From Methanomassiliicoccales archaeon (GTDB lineage Archaea > Thermoplasmatota > Thermoplasmata > Methanomassiliicoccales > JAAEEP01), in NCBI GenBank assembly GCA_013415695.1, contig JAAEEP010000004.1:2324-66323 (forward strand): a stretch of 64,000 bases of DNA, given 5' to 3'. The position numbers were made by a program, and so were the translations under genes. The first letter of the stretch is position 1, and the number at the start of each line of letters is the position of its first letter. The notes beneath the pieces are model-generated. The model did no database searches. It worked only from the letters and a program-made list of their open reading frames with translations, and was not told the origin of the DNA. Positions 27,767 to 37,805 of the stretch are shown here, piece by piece.

Positions 27767-28846
27767 ATGGCACAGTGCTTCCTGATCCTAGAGGATGGAA
27801 CGATTATGGAGGGTACTGGCTTTGGTTTTGAGGAGACGACTTACGGAGAGGTCGTCTTCACCACCGGCATGACCGGCTATCAGGAGAGTCTCACCGACCC
27901 ATCCTATAGGGGCCAGATCCTTATCATGTCATATCCACTTATTGGTAATTATGGAGTGAATAGGTACGATTACGAATCTCCCAAGGTGCAGGTACAAGGG
28001 TATGTTGTGAGAGAGAACTGTCCAATCCCAAGTGAAATGTACTCTGGAGATACGATCCATAATTTCCTTCTTGAAAATCGAAAGCCAGGGATATCTGAGG
28101 TTGACACTCGATCACTTATCATCGGCATAAGAGAGCATGGGACTTTGAGGGGGGCGATCTCCTTCGAGGATGATGTGGAATCCGTGCTCGAAGAGGTGAG
28201 AAGGGTTCCCTATCCCTCAGAAAGGAACCTGGTAGGTGAGGTATCCACCAAGGAGATAATAAGGTACGAAAAAGAGGGGGCCGACACCATTGCCCTGATA
28301 GACTGTGGTGTGAAGGCGAATATCATCAGGGAATTGAGAAAGAGATTCTCGGTCATCCAATTACCCTATGATACACCTCCCGGTTTCTTCAGGAATGAGG
28401 AGATACACGGCATCGTGGTCTCCAATGGTCCTGGGGATCCCTCTCACCCAGATCTAAAGGATACAGTAGTTAGGACCATGAGGGCTTTGAAAGAGGATTA
28501 TCCTATGATGGGCATCTGCATGGGCAACCAGCTGATGGCACTAGCTTTCGGAGGAGAGACGTATAAGATGAAGTTCGGGCACCGTGGGGCAAATCAACCC
28601 GTCAAGCTCAATGGACGGGTGTTCATTACCTCGCAGAACCACGGATACGCTGTAAAGGCGGAATCCCTTGATGAATCGGAAATCGCTGCTAATCAGTTCA
28701 ATGTCAACGACAACACCGTGGAGGGAATGAAACACAAGGAACTGCCCATCTTCACCTCGCAGTATCATCCTGAGGTCTCTCCTGGTCCAGGTGACACCGC
28801 ATTTCTCTTCGATGATTTCGTGAGATTGGTGGAGGGACATCAATGA
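27767..28846 (+). CDS. carA: carbamoyl-phosphate synthase small (glutaminase) subunit
   Basis: 359 aa with GICMGNQLMA (nucleophile Cys), NHGYAV and QYHPE. It overlaps carB by 4 nt. Confidence 0.95.
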   Translation: MAQCFLILEDGTIMEGTGFGFEETTYGEVVFTTGMTGYQESLTDPSYRGQILIMSYPLIGNYGVNRYDYESPKVQVQGYVVRENCPIPSEMYSGDTIHNFLLENRKPGISEVDTRSLIIGIREHGTLRGAISFEDDVESVLEEVRRVPYPSERNLVGEVSTKEIIRYEKEGADTIALIDCGVKANIIRELRKRFSVIQLPYDTPPGFFRNEEIHGIVVSNGPGDPSHPDLKDTVVRTMRALKEDYPMMGICMGNQLMALAFGGETYKMKFGHRGANQPVKLNGRVFITSQNHGYAVKAESLDESEIAANQFNVNDNTVEGMKHKELPIFTSQYHPEVSPGPGDTAFLFDDFVRLVEGHQ

Positions 28847-31800
28847 GCAAGAAGGAGTACAACAAGCTCATGGTGATCGGCTCAGGCCCAATAGTGATCG
28901 GTCAGGCGGCAGAGTTCGATTTCTCCGGATCCCAGGCATGCCAATCTCTCAGAGAAGAAGGATATCAGACGGTCCTAGTGAACTCGAACCCTGCAACGAT
29001 ACAGACAGACCTCGAGATGGCCGATGTCGTCTACATCGAACCTCTTCAGCTCTCCTCGGTAAAGGAGATAATCAAGAAGGAGAAAGTTGACGGGATACTC
29101 TCTGGAATGGGCGGCCAAACCGCTCTTAATATCTGCTCTGAGCTGGCGGAGGACGGTACCCTTGATGAGTTAGGGGTAAGCCTTCTTGGCACGCAGCCAG
29201 AGGCAATCGCGCTCTCCGAGGACCGCGAGCTGTTCAGGAAGAAGATGCTTGAGATTGGTGAGCCCATCCCCCAGAGTCTGACCTGCAACACCGTTGAGGA
29301 GGCGATAAGGGCTGTGGAAGAGTTGGGAGGATATCCTGTCCTGATCAGGCCCGCCTATACCTTGGGAGGAACGGGAGGAGGGGTGGCTTTCGACGAGGAA
29401 GAGCTGATCCCGATTGCTGGAAGGGGGTTGATCTATTCCCGTATCCACCAGGTGCTCATCGAGGAAAGTGTACTTGGTTGGAAGGAGTACGAATACGAGG
29501 TCATGCGGGATGCGAATGACAACTGCATAATCATCTGCAGCATGGAAAACCTCGATGCCATGGGAATTCACACCGGTGAGAGTATTGTCATCGCCCCAGC
29601 GCAAACACTCAACGACAAGGATCACCAGCGGCTCAGGACGGCGGCCATCAAGATCATCAGGGCCCTCAAGATCGAAGGAGGATGTAATATCCAATTCGCT
29701 TTCAATCCAGAGACCAAAGATTACAGGGTCATCGAGGTGAATCCCAGGGTCTCTAGATCATCAGCTCTGGCATCAAAGGCGACTGGATATCCTATCGCTC
29801 GGGTAGCTGCGAAGATTGCGGTAGGCAAGACGCTCGATGAGATCCCCAACAGGATAACCGGGATAACATACGCGGCGTTCGAGCCCACAATAGATTACGT
29901 GGTTCTGAAGTTGCCCAGATGGCCCTTCGATAAGTTCAGGACGGTGGATAGAAAGATAACCACCCAGATGAAGAGCACTGGGGAGGTAATGGCCATTGGG
30001 CGAACCATAGAGGAGGGTATTCTCAAGGCCGTACGGTCACTGGAGATCGACAGGTTAGGGCTGGAAGCTGAGAACTGGAGCGATGAGGATATCGAAGAAG
30101 AGCTCGTGAACGCGACAGATCTCCGCCTTTTCGTCATGGCTGAGGCGCTCAGGAGAGGCATGTCTATCGAGGAGATCGCCGCTAAGACCAAATGGGATCC
30201 TTTCTTCATCGTCAAGATCCAGAACATCATTCGCATGGAGGAACAGCTGAAGGAGTCGAATGAACTTGATTTCAACTTGCTGAGGAAAGCGAAGCGCATG
30301 GGCTTCTCTGATGAGCTGATCGGATCCTTTACCGGCATGAAAGATATGAAGGTCAGAGACCTCCGCAACGATATGGGAATCTGGCCAACATTCAAGATGG
30401 TGGATACCTGTGCCGCCGAGTTCAAGGCTGAGACCCCCTACTTCTACTCCACATACGAGACCACCTGTGAGTGTAAATCATCGGAAAACAGGAAGGTGGT
30501 GATCGTAGGAGGAGGCCCGATCCGGATAGGACAGGGCATTGAGTTCGACTACTGCTGCGTTCACGGAGTCATGGCACTCCAGGAGGAGACAGTGGATGCC
30601 GTCATCATCAACAACAACCCCGAGACGGTGAGCACTGATTACGACATATCCGACCGGCTGTACTTCGAACCTCTTACCCTGGAGGATGTCCTGAACGTGA
30701 TAGAGAAGGAGGATGCCGATGGGGTGATCCTTCAATTCGGAGGCCAGACCGCGGTCAACCTGGCTATTGACCTGGAGGAAGCGCTGAAAGGTACCAGGAC
30801 CAGGGTCCTAGGCACTGCTCCATCGGACATGGATGTGGCCGAAGATAGGAAGCTATTCTCCGCCATGATGAAGAAACTGGACATCAAGCAACCAGATGCA
30901 GGAACTGGACACTCATTCGAAGAGGTGAAGGACATCGCCGCCCGCATTGGATATCCGGTTCTTGTCCGCCCTTCCTACGTGCTGGGGGGCAGAGCGATGG
31001 AGATCGTGTACAACGAGAAAGAGCTGGAGACGTATGTGGCCTCCGCGGTCAAGGTCTCAAGACAGCATCCCATCCTGGTTGACAAGTACCTGTCGCATGC
31101 GATTGAAATCGACGTGGATGTCGTGGCTGATGGGGAGGACGTGTTCATCGGAGGCATTCTGGAGCACATAGAGGAGGCGGGCGTTCATTCTGGAGACGCT
31201 ACCATGATATTGCCTCCTCAAACAGTTCCGAAGAGCATCATCAAGAGGATAGAGGAGATCACCATCCAAGTAGCAAGGGCTCTTAGGATCAAGGGGCTGA
31301 TGAACCTCCAGCTGGCCGTGAAGGAAGGGGATGTCTACATGCTGGAGGCGAATCCCAGGGCTAGCAGGACCATTCCCATCATTTCAAAGGCCATAGGTAT
31401 TCCGCTGGCTAAAGTGGCCACCAAGGTAATGCTGGGCCGCACCCTCAAAGAAATGGGGTTGGTTGGGACGGTTCACTGTAACCATGTGACGGTCAAAGCG
31501 TCGGTTTTCCCTTTCCTCAAGCTGCCTGGTGTAGACAGCATCCTAGGACCTGAGATGAAGAGTACTGGAGAGGTCATGGGCATCGATACCGACTACGACG
31601 CTGCGGTCTACAAGGCCATGATCTCTGCAGGCAACAAGCTGCCCAAGGAGGGGAGCGTATACATAACCGTCTCGGACAGTGATAAGGAGACAATCCTGCC
31701 CGTGGCCAAGGATCTTTTCGATATGGGATTCAAGATCTACGCTACTAAGGGAACCTCGACCTACCTGAGGGAGAACGGCCTTCAAACCACGACCGTCTAC

Positions 31801-32070
31801 AGGATTAGTGAGAATGTTCCACCTGACGCTTTGGGTCTGATGAGGCGGGGAGACATTCACCTGATCATAAACACTCCCACCGAGTCATCTGGTGCAAGGA
31901 GAGACGGCTACATGATGAGGCGTCTGGCGGTGGAGCTTGAGATACCGTTCATAACCACCATCCCGGGAGCAAGGGCGACCGTGGGAGCGATAAAGAGGGC
32001 CAGGAAAGGGGACATCAGCGTCAATGACCTTGCCCATTACCACTGCCGTTCTGATTCCTCTCGGTCCTAG
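28843..32070 (+). CDS. carB: carbamoyl-phosphate synthase large subunit
   Basis: 1075 aa with duplicated ATP-grasp halves (VIGSGPIVIGQAAEFDFSG and VGGGPIRIGQGIEFDYCC) and a C-terminal MGS-like domain. Confidence 0.97.
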   Translation: MSKKEYNKLMVIGSGPIVIGQAAEFDFSGSQACQSLREEGYQTVLVNSNPATIQTDLEMADVVYIEPLQLSSVKEIIKKEKVDGILSGMGGQTALNICSELAEDGTLDELGVSLLGTQPEAIALSEDRELFRKKMLEIGEPIPQSLTCNTVEEAIRAVEELGGYPVLIRPAYTLGGTGGGVAFDEEELIPIAGRGLIYSRIHQVLIEESVLGWKEYEYEVMRDANDNCIIICSMENLDAMGIHTGESIVIAPAQTLNDKDHQRLRTAAIKIIRALKIEGGCNIQFAFNPETKDYRVIEVNPRVSRSSALASKATGYPIARVAAKIAVGKTLDEIPNRITGITYAAFEPTIDYVVLKLPRWPFDKFRTVDRKITTQMKSTGEVMAIGRTIEEGILKAVRSLEIDRLGLEAENWSDEDIEEELVNATDLRLFVMAEALRRGMSIEEIAAKTKWDPFFIVKIQNIIRMEEQLKESNELDFNLLRKAKRMGFSDELIGSFTGMKDMKVRDLRNDMGIWPTFKMVDTCAAEFKAETPYFYSTYETTCECKSSENRKVVIVGGGPIRIGQGIEFDYCCVHGVMALQEETVDAVIINNNPETVSTDYDISDRLYFEPLTLEDVLNVIEKEDADGVILQFGGQTAVNLAIDLEEALKGTRTRVLGTAPSDMDVAEDRKLFSAMMKKLDIKQPDAGTGHSFEEVKDIAARIGYPVLVRPSYVLGGRAMEIVYNEKELETYVASAVKVSRQHPILVDKYLSHAIEIDVDVVADGEDVFIGGILEHIEEAGVHSGDATMILPPQTVPKSIIKRIEEITIQVARALRIKGLMNLQLAVKEGDVYMLEANPRASRTIPIISKAIGIPLAKVATKVMLGRTLKEMGLVGTVHCNHVTVKASVFPFLKLPGVDSILGPEMKSTGEVMGIDTDYDAAVYKAMISAGNKLPKEGSVYITVSDSDKETILPVAKDLFDMGFKIYATKGTSTYLRENGLQTTTVYRISENVPPDALGLMRRGDIHLIINTPTESSGARRDGYMMRRLAVELEIPFITTIPGARATVGAIKRARKGDISVNDLAHYHCRSDSSRS

Positions 32071-32929
32071 CCGTGAGGAGTATTCCCACCAGTATCATCA
32101 TTCCTCCGACAAGCACGTAGACAGATGGTATCTCGTCCAGAAGCATTGCGGCCAGTAGAATCGCTCCCACTGGCTCTCCTAAGTAGGATACGGAGATCAC
32201 CGAGGCGCTGAGATACCTCAGGGAGAAGTTGAAGAGCAAGTGGCCCATTATGGTCGAGATAACCGCCAGTCCTAGGAATATCAGCAGTTCCCTGGCGGGC
32301 ATTGGCCACATCACTTGACCGGTGATAAAGGCCGCTCCCAGCAGGACGAGGGCACAGGAAGAGAACACCACGAACACATAAGTTATGATGGAAATCCTCT
32401 GCCTCAGCACCCTCCCCAGCAGGAGATAGGCTGAGAAGAAAACCCCGCTGATCAGAGCCAGGATGTCACCATCTATATTTCCTCCTCCGATATCCCCCAG
32501 GGTTATTATGACCAGACCGCTCATACCAGCCAGTATGCCGATTCCAACGGCCTTCTTGGTATCCTTGAGGACAAGGATGGAGATTATCCCAACGATAACG
32601 GGGTGACATGTGGCCAGAAGGATAGCACTAGCCACGGTGGTCATCTTGACGGCAGATATGTATGCGAAGAAGTGTGCAGCAAGTATCGCACCTATCAGCA
32701 GGAGTATGGCCATGTCCCGCCGTGACATCGTACGGATCTCATTCTTGGATGTCAAAGTTGCTAATGGAAGGAGTATTATCGAGACCAGGAGCATCCTGTA
32801 GGCCGCTATGACCAGGGGGGGAGATTCACTCCACCGTATGAAGATGGAGGCGAAAGACACACCCACAATCGCCACAGCGATACCCACGTAGGGGATTGAG
32901 GGTGGAATCTCGTTCCGGTCTTTGGGCAT
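32021..32929 (-). CDS. EamA/DMT-family transporter (10-TM exporter type)
   Basis: Polytopic membrane ORF with two EamA-like halves. The ATG at 32929 is preferred over the GTG at 32965 because it removes the overlap with the upstream ACT gene. The 3' end overlaps carB by 50 nt. Confidence 0.8.
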   Translation of the reverse strand: MPKDRNEIPPSIPYVGIAVAIVGVSFASIFIRWSESPPLVIAAYRMLLVSIILLPLATLTSKNEIRTMSRRDMAILLLIGAILAAHFFAYISAVKMTTVASAILLATCHPVIVGIISILVLKDTKKAVGIGILAGMSGLVIITLGDIGGGNIDGDILALISGVFFSAYLLLGRVLRQRISIITYVFVVFSSCALVLLGAAFITGQVMWPMPARELLIFLGLAVISTIMGHLLFNFSLRYLSASVISVSYLGEPVGAILLAAMLLDEIPSVYVLVGGMMILVGILLTARTERNQNGSGNGQGH

Positions 32930-32939
32930 CAGATCCCTT

Positions 32940-33437
32940 TCAGTGGATAAGGATGCTCTTGACACCCCTGCATCCTTTTATCATCGGAAGCATTTCAGGC
33001 GGTACGGGGCTCTCGGTGATGACGTACAATCTGGGCTCCTCGCTCATCTCCGGATCATCGACCATGGCCTGCCGGATGCTTATGCCAGCATCTGCCATTA
33101 CTCCCGCTACATCAGCGAGGATTCCGGGAGTCTGGGCATCATCCGGGATGATCTCTATGGAGCTCCCGCCAAGAAGGGAGGCCACCTCCGAGAACAGTGG
33201 AGTCGAACGTAGGTTCGAGAACAGATCGAGCAACCGAGGATCGGACTCGATGGTCTCCAGGGCGGCCTTGACTACCCTGCGGTCCACGTCCGCAGCCCTA
33301 CCCAGGGCAGTGTCACTGAGCTCTATCTCTCCACACCAGGCTCTTCCATCGTGAACCCTAAGACCATGTTTTAGAAGGAGCCTTGCCACTTTCTCCTGGG
33401 ATGGAAAGCGCTCGAAGTGCTCCATACGCTTATTCAT
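32940..33437 (-). CDS. ACT-domain regulator-like protein (archaeal 'regulator of amino acid metabolism' type, COG2150-like)
   Basis: 165 aa. An N-terminal helical, possibly HTH-like region is followed by the ACT-like segment IEIIPDDAQTPGILADVAGVMADAGISIRQAMV. It is divergent from the aromatic amino acid operon. Confidence 0.6.
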   Translation of the reverse strand: MNKRMEHFERFPSQEKVARLLLKHGLRVHDGRAWCGEIELSDTALGRAADVDRRVVKAALETIESDPRLLDLFSNLRSTPLFSEVASLLGGSSIEIIPDDAQTPGILADVAGVMADAGISIRQAMVDDPEMSEEPRLYVITESPVPPEMLPMIKGCRGVKSILIH

Positions 33438-33640
33438 GCACCACCTATCAGTCTCATTGGATAAATGATTTCCCGAATATGTTCAACAGAGTTCAATAGA
33501 ATACCTTTGTGAATGATTATATCAAGCTTGAAACTTTCAAGAATGCTGGAAAGTAATCCTGAAACACTAAGGAATGGGAGCCAAGGTTATCGTGAACAGG
33601 TCGAGTGTAAGCATTGAAATCCATTTCGTTCACATTAACA

Positions 33641-33675
33641 GAAAAGCGTTATATACGTGCTAGATATTGTCTAGC
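33641..33675 (+). promoter_or_regulatory. putative aro-operon promoter: TATA-like TTATATAC plus 17-bp palindrome GCTAGATATTGTCTAGC
   Basis: TATA-like box at 33649-33656, preceded by a purine-rich BRE-like GAAAAGCG. The palindrome GCTAGA-tattg-TCTAGC lies at 33659-33675, directly downstream. RBS-like GAGGTGAT lies at 33683-33690. Confidence 0.45.
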
Positions 33676-34485
33676 ATACATAGAGGTGATCGTGTGCTCG
33701 GAAAAAGCGTGCGAATGGAACGCATAATGGACCGGAACTCCGGTAATGCAGTAATCGTGCCCCTGGACCACGGGATATCAATGGGGCCTATAGAAGGCAT
33801 AATCGACATCAAGAGCACGATCGACGCCATCTCCCTAGGTGGCGCTACAGCGGTCGTGGAGCACAAGGGCATTGTCCCCTATGGTCACCGCACTTTTGGA
33901 AAGGACATCGGACTCATCGTCCACCTGTCGGCGAGCACATCGCTTGCGCCCGATCCCAACGCCAAGGTGATAGTCACCACTGTGGAGGAAGCTATCAAGA
34001 TGGGAGCAGACGCCGTGTCCATCCACGTCAACATTGGCTCGGACACCGACGTCCAGATGCTGGCCGACATGGGTAAAATCTCCAGGAAGTGCAACGAATG
34101 GGGCATGCCTCTCCTGGTGATGATCTATCCGCGTGGACCGAACATCAAGAACCCCTTCGATGTCGACGTGGTAAAGCACTGTGCCCGTGTTGCCGCGGAG
34201 CTCGGTGCAGACCTGGTGAAGACCAACTACACGGGCGATCCTGACACTTTCAAAGAGGTGGTCAAGGGTGCTCTCGCACCGGTGGTCATAGCTGGTGGTC
34301 CCAAGATCGATTCTGATGAGAAGCTCCTACAGATGGTCAAGGACTCGATAGAGGTAGGGGGAAGAGGCGTGTCCATAGGAAGAAATATATTCCAGCATAG
34401 GAACATAACAGGAATAACCAAGGCCGTCTCCAGCGTCGTGATCAGCGGGGCGGAGGTGGACGAGGCCATTAAGTTCATCAAGTGA
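33667..34485 (+). CDS. aroA': 2-amino-3,7-dideoxy-D-threo-hept-6-ulosonate (ADH) synthase, archaeal AroA' (class I aldolase/DhnA family)
   Basis: Close colinear similarity to my recollection of M. jannaschii ADH synthase: [10 protein letters not shown]..., [61 protein letters not shown]. The start is uncertain (TTG 33667, GTG 33694 or ATG 33715). Confidence 0.9.
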   Translation: MSSIHRGDRVLGKSVRMERIMDRNSGNAVIVPLDHGISMGPIEGIIDIKSTIDAISLGGATAVVEHKGIVPYGHRTFGKDIGLIVHLSASTSLAPDPNAKVIVTTVEEAIKMGADAVSIHVNIGSDTDVQMLADMGKISRKCNEWGMPLLVMIYPRGPNIKNPFDVDVVKHCARVAAELGADLVKTNYTGDPDTFKEVVKGALAPVVIAGGPKIDSDEKLLQMVKDSIEVGGRGVSIGRNIFQHRNITGITKAVSSVVISGAEVDEAIKFIK

Positions 34486-34489
34486 TAAG

Positions 34490-35527
34490 ATGAAAAAAGC
34501 TGGAATGGGGAAGCTGCTCCTGGTGAGGGCTGATATCCCCGAGACCTATGAGGAAAGGAAGAGAATAGTCTCTTCCGCCCTGGAGAGCGGATTCGTTGAC
34601 ATCCTCATCAGAGAGGGTGATGAAGAACTGACTAGGTTGGGGAGGTATGACGCCTTCGTAGTGAGCGGTCAAGATATCCTCCTGGATGGAGAGAAGATCG
34701 GTCAGATAGTCGGGATCTCATCATCCGAAGACCTGGACAAGGCCTCTTCTTTGAAGGGAAAGGTGAAGAATATCGTGGTGAAGGCCAATGACTGGAAGGT
34801 GATACCGCTTGAGAATCTGATAGCGGATTTCCAGAACTCGAACACCAAGTTGCTGGCGGTCGCCACCTCTCCTCAGGAGGCGAGGCTATTCTCCGAGACC
34901 CTCGAGGTAGGGGTCGATGGGATAGTCATCGAATGCAAACCTGGCGAACTCAAAGATTTTCTCCCCGAGACCATAGAAGGAGGAACGGTCGACCTGCAAC
35001 CGGCAAAGGTGACGCGGATCAAACCCCTGACAATGGGAGACAGGGTCTGCGTGGACTCCTGCTCCTTGCTGAGAATCGGGGAGGGGATGTTGGTGGGATC
35101 GCAATCCTCCTGTCTTTTTCTCATTGCTTCAGAAAGTGTGGAGAGCGAGTACGTCGCGGCAAGGCCGTTCAGGGTGAACGCCGGAGCGGTGCACGCCTAC
35201 ATCCTTACCCCCGGGGGAAAGACCAGATACTTGAGTGAGATAGGAAGCGGAGACGAGGTCCTTGCCGTCGACCCTGAAGGAAGGTCAAGATCGGTTGTTG
35301 TGGGTCGATCAAAGGTGGAGATGAGGCCTCTGCTGCTCATCGAGGCAGAGGTGAAAGGACGCAGTTACTCCACCATTGTGCAGAACGCGGAGACCATCAG
35401 GCTCTCCACCTCAGAAGGCGCGGTATCCATATCAGACCTTCAGGTGGGCCAAGAGGTCCTGGTGAGGCTGGAGGAGGGGGGCCGACATTTCGGCACCGCC
35501 ATCCAGGAGACCATTAGGGAGAAATGA
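34490..35527 (+). CDS. aroB': 3-dehydroquinate synthase II (archaeal AroB')
   Basis: 345 aa. Length, position directly after ADH synthase, and conserved blocks (GVDGIVI..., RPFRVNAGAVHAY) match the archaeal DHQ synthase II family. Confidence 0.85.
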   Translation: MKKAGMGKLLLVRADIPETYEERKRIVSSALESGFVDILIREGDEELTRLGRYDAFVVSGQDILLDGEKIGQIVGISSSEDLDKASSLKGKVKNIVVKANDWKVIPLENLIADFQNSNTKLLAVATSPQEARLFSETLEVGVDGIVIECKPGELKDFLPETIEGGTVDLQPAKVTRIKPLTMGDRVCVDSCSLLRIGEGMLVGSQSSCLFLIASESVESEYVAARPFRVNAGAVHAYILTPGGKTRYLSEIGSGDEVLAVDPEGRSRSVVVGRSKVEMRPLLLIEAEVKGRSYSTIVQNAETIRLSTSEGAVSISDLQVGQEVLVRLEEGGRHFGTAIQETIREK

Positions 35528-36966
35528 TCTGCGCTTCTATCGTCGAGGCGGACATCGAGGCCGCCATCAGAGCCGCAAGAGAGGCCGAAAGGCGGCTAGC
35601 AGATCTGGTCGAGATCAGATTCGACCTGATGGACAGCATCTCCGAAGATCTATCACCATTTGAGGAGCTGGGAGTGCCCACCATTGCCACTTTGAGAACT
35701 GAGGAGGAGGGCGGGCGTTTCACTGGAACCCTGGAGCAAAGATTGGCCTTCTTCGAGAGAGCGGTGGAGCACTTCGACCTTATCGACCTGGAAATTGATT
35801 CTCAAATGCACTCCAATCTCAGAGGACGGGGTGCTAGGATTATCTGTTCCACCCACCGTTTCGATCCCGGAGCTTCGGTCAAGGAGATTCTGGACCTGTT
35901 GGAGATGGAAGACTGTGATCTGGTGAAGGGAGCTTTCATGGTGGATTCCATATCGGACCTGCATGCCATATTGGTGGCATCCAGAGTCCTGATGGAAAGG
36001 AGTAAGGATTTCATCCTTATCGGAATGGGTGAGTTGGGAGCGATCACCAGGATAAGGACCTGCGAACTGGGATGCTCCTTTACTTACGCATCCCTTGAAT
36101 TGGGTAAGGAGGCGGCTCCGGGTCAACTGGATCTCAAGACCCTTCGGGAGCTGTCACGAGGAATGATAACTGGAATAACTGGCTATCCGCTCTCTCACTC
36201 CCTTTCGCCCGAACTGCATCAAGCTGCCTTCGAGCACCTGGGGATAAGTGGAAGTTACCTGAGATTTCCAGCTGATTCAGGTGAGCTGGATAAGCTGCTG
36301 GAAATAATGAGGGAGTTGAGGATAAGGGGAATCAATGTGACCATACCCCACAAAGAGGCCATCATCCCACTTCTGGACGAAGTTGATGACACGGCAAGGA
36401 GGGCCGGTGCCGTCAACACAGTCGTGAATCAGGATGGACGGCTGGTAGGCCTAAACACGGATATCGATGGAGTGGCTGGCACCTTTTCTGGCGCTGGGAT
36501 ATCACCCGAGGGAAAAAGGGCTCTCGTTCTGGGGGCTGGAGGCGTAGCCAAAGCCTGCTGCGCCTTCCTGGCTGAAGGCGAGGCCTCGTTGTCGGTCGTG
36601 AACAGGTCCAAGGAGAGAGCTGAAAAACTGGCAGAGCAGTTCCCGGGAACAGATGTTCTCTCGGAGGAGGAGGCGTTGAGAGCGGAATTTGACATCGTGA
36701 TCAACTGCACACCCCTGGGAATGAAGGGATTCCCTGACGAGCTGCCCATTGATCCAGGAATTTTCCATGAGGGTCAGTTCGTGATGGACACCATTTACAA
36801 TCCACCCAAAACTAAGTTCCTGGTGGAGGCAGAGAGAAAGGGTGCCCTCACCAGATCAGGAATCGAAATGTTAATCTATCAGGCACTCTCTGCTTTTGAA
36901 GTCTGGACTGGATTGTCACCTCCCTACGAGGTCATGGCTAGAGCAATAAGGGAAGAATTGGAATGA
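35524..36966 (+). CDS. aroDE: bifunctional 3-dehydroquinate dehydratase (type I) / shikimate 5-dehydrogenase fusion
   Basis: 480 aa. The N-terminal ~215 aa are AroD-like (MICASIV...VEIRFDL...CSTHRF). The C-terminal ~265 aa are AroE-like (GYPLSHSLSPELHQAAF, NVTIPHK, NTD, GAGGVAKA). Confidence 0.9.
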   Translation: MICASIVEADIEAAIRAAREAERRLADLVEIRFDLMDSISEDLSPFEELGVPTIATLRTEEEGGRFTGTLEQRLAFFERAVEHFDLIDLEIDSQMHSNLRGRGARIICSTHRFDPGASVKEILDLLEMEDCDLVKGAFMVDSISDLHAILVASRVLMERSKDFILIGMGELGAITRIRTCELGCSFTYASLELGKEAAPGQLDLKTLRELSRGMITGITGYPLSHSLSPELHQAAFEHLGISGSYLRFPADSGELDKLLEIMRELRIRGINVTIPHKEAIIPLLDEVDDTARRAGAVNTVVNQDGRLVGLNTDIDGVAGTFSGAGISPEGKRALVLGAGGVAKACCAFLAEGEASLSVVNRSKERAEKLAEQFPGTDVLSEEEALRAEFDIVINCTPLGMKGFPDELPIDPGIFHEGQFVMDTIYNPPKTKFLVEAERKGALTRSGIEMLIYQALSAFEVWTGLSPPYEVMARAIREELE

Positions 36967-37805
36967 AGGGCGAGGCTATCTGTCACGGAGCGGCCACCAT
37001 AGTCAACGCCATAGCTCTTGGCAAAGGGGCCGCCTTTGGAATCGATCTGCACACGAGTGCGGAGGTAGAGCTCATACCAGATGGAGAGATAGAGATCGTA
37101 ATGGAGGAGAACGAGAATCCCTCGCTTGCGATAAGATGCTTCGAGAATGTTCTCTCTCTGTTCGCACCTAATGAGTATTTGGGAGCCGTAATCAGAACTA
37201 GGTCTAACATCCCAATCTCCAGAGGTTTGAAGAGCAGCAGTGCCGCGGCCAACGCCATCGTCCTGGCCACGCTTAATGCCCTGGAGATTGAGCTTGATCC
37301 GTTGGAAGCGGTGAAGATAGGGACCAAGAGCGCCGTGGAGGCTGGTGTGTCGGTTACAGGTGCCTTCGATGACGCGACCGCCTCTCTTCTTGGAGGCGTT
37401 GTTGTAACCGACAATGACCGTGAGATTATTCTCAAGAGGGACATTTTACCTGATGACATCAAGGTCCTCCTTCACGTCCCGGACTTCAAGATCAGGAAGC
37501 GAAATCTACCCCTGGATCGGATAAAATCAATGGCTCCAATAGCCAAGACGGCGCTGGATCTCGCCATGGAAGGTGATTACTTCTGGGCAATGACCCTGAA
37601 CGGAATATGCTTCTCGGCCGCTTTGGGCCTTGACCAGGAACTTGCTATGGAGGCAATGCACAAAGGGGCTCTCGCAGCTGGCGTCTCGGGAACAGGCCCA
37701 GCAACAGCCATATTGGTGAAAGAGGATGTAGTTGATGAGCTGCTCGCAGACCTCGATTCCTGGGATTTGAGGGTGGTGGAACTATATCAGGGGGATCCTG
37801 CTTGA
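36963..37805 (+). CDS. aroK: shikimate kinase, archaeal GHMP-kinase type
   Basis: 280 aa with GHMP motif PISRGLKSSSAAANA. It sits within the aro operon. Confidence 0.9.
   Translation: MKGEAICHGAATIVNAIALGKGAAFGIDLHTSAEVELIPDGEIEIVMEENENPSLAIRCFENVLSLFAPNEYLGAVIRTRSNIPISRGLKSSSAAANAIVLATLNALEIELDPLEAVKIGTKSAVEAGVSVTGAFDDATASLLGGVVVTDNDREIILKRDILPDDIKVLLHVPDFKIRKRNLPLDRIKSMAPIAKTALDLAMEGDYFWAMTLNGICFSAALGLDQELAMEAMHKGALAAGVSGTGPATAILVKEDVVDELLADLDSWDLRVVELYQGDPA

Noticed and set aside
1-33437. Possible pyrrolysine-style amber recoding or TAG avoidance, considered because the gene content resembles methylotrophic methanogens.
   Set aside because: I read the stop codons of 27 genes between 553 and 33437: 8 TAG, 5 TAA and 14 TGA. 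TAG is an ordinary stop here, and no in-frame TAG interrupts any recognised gene.
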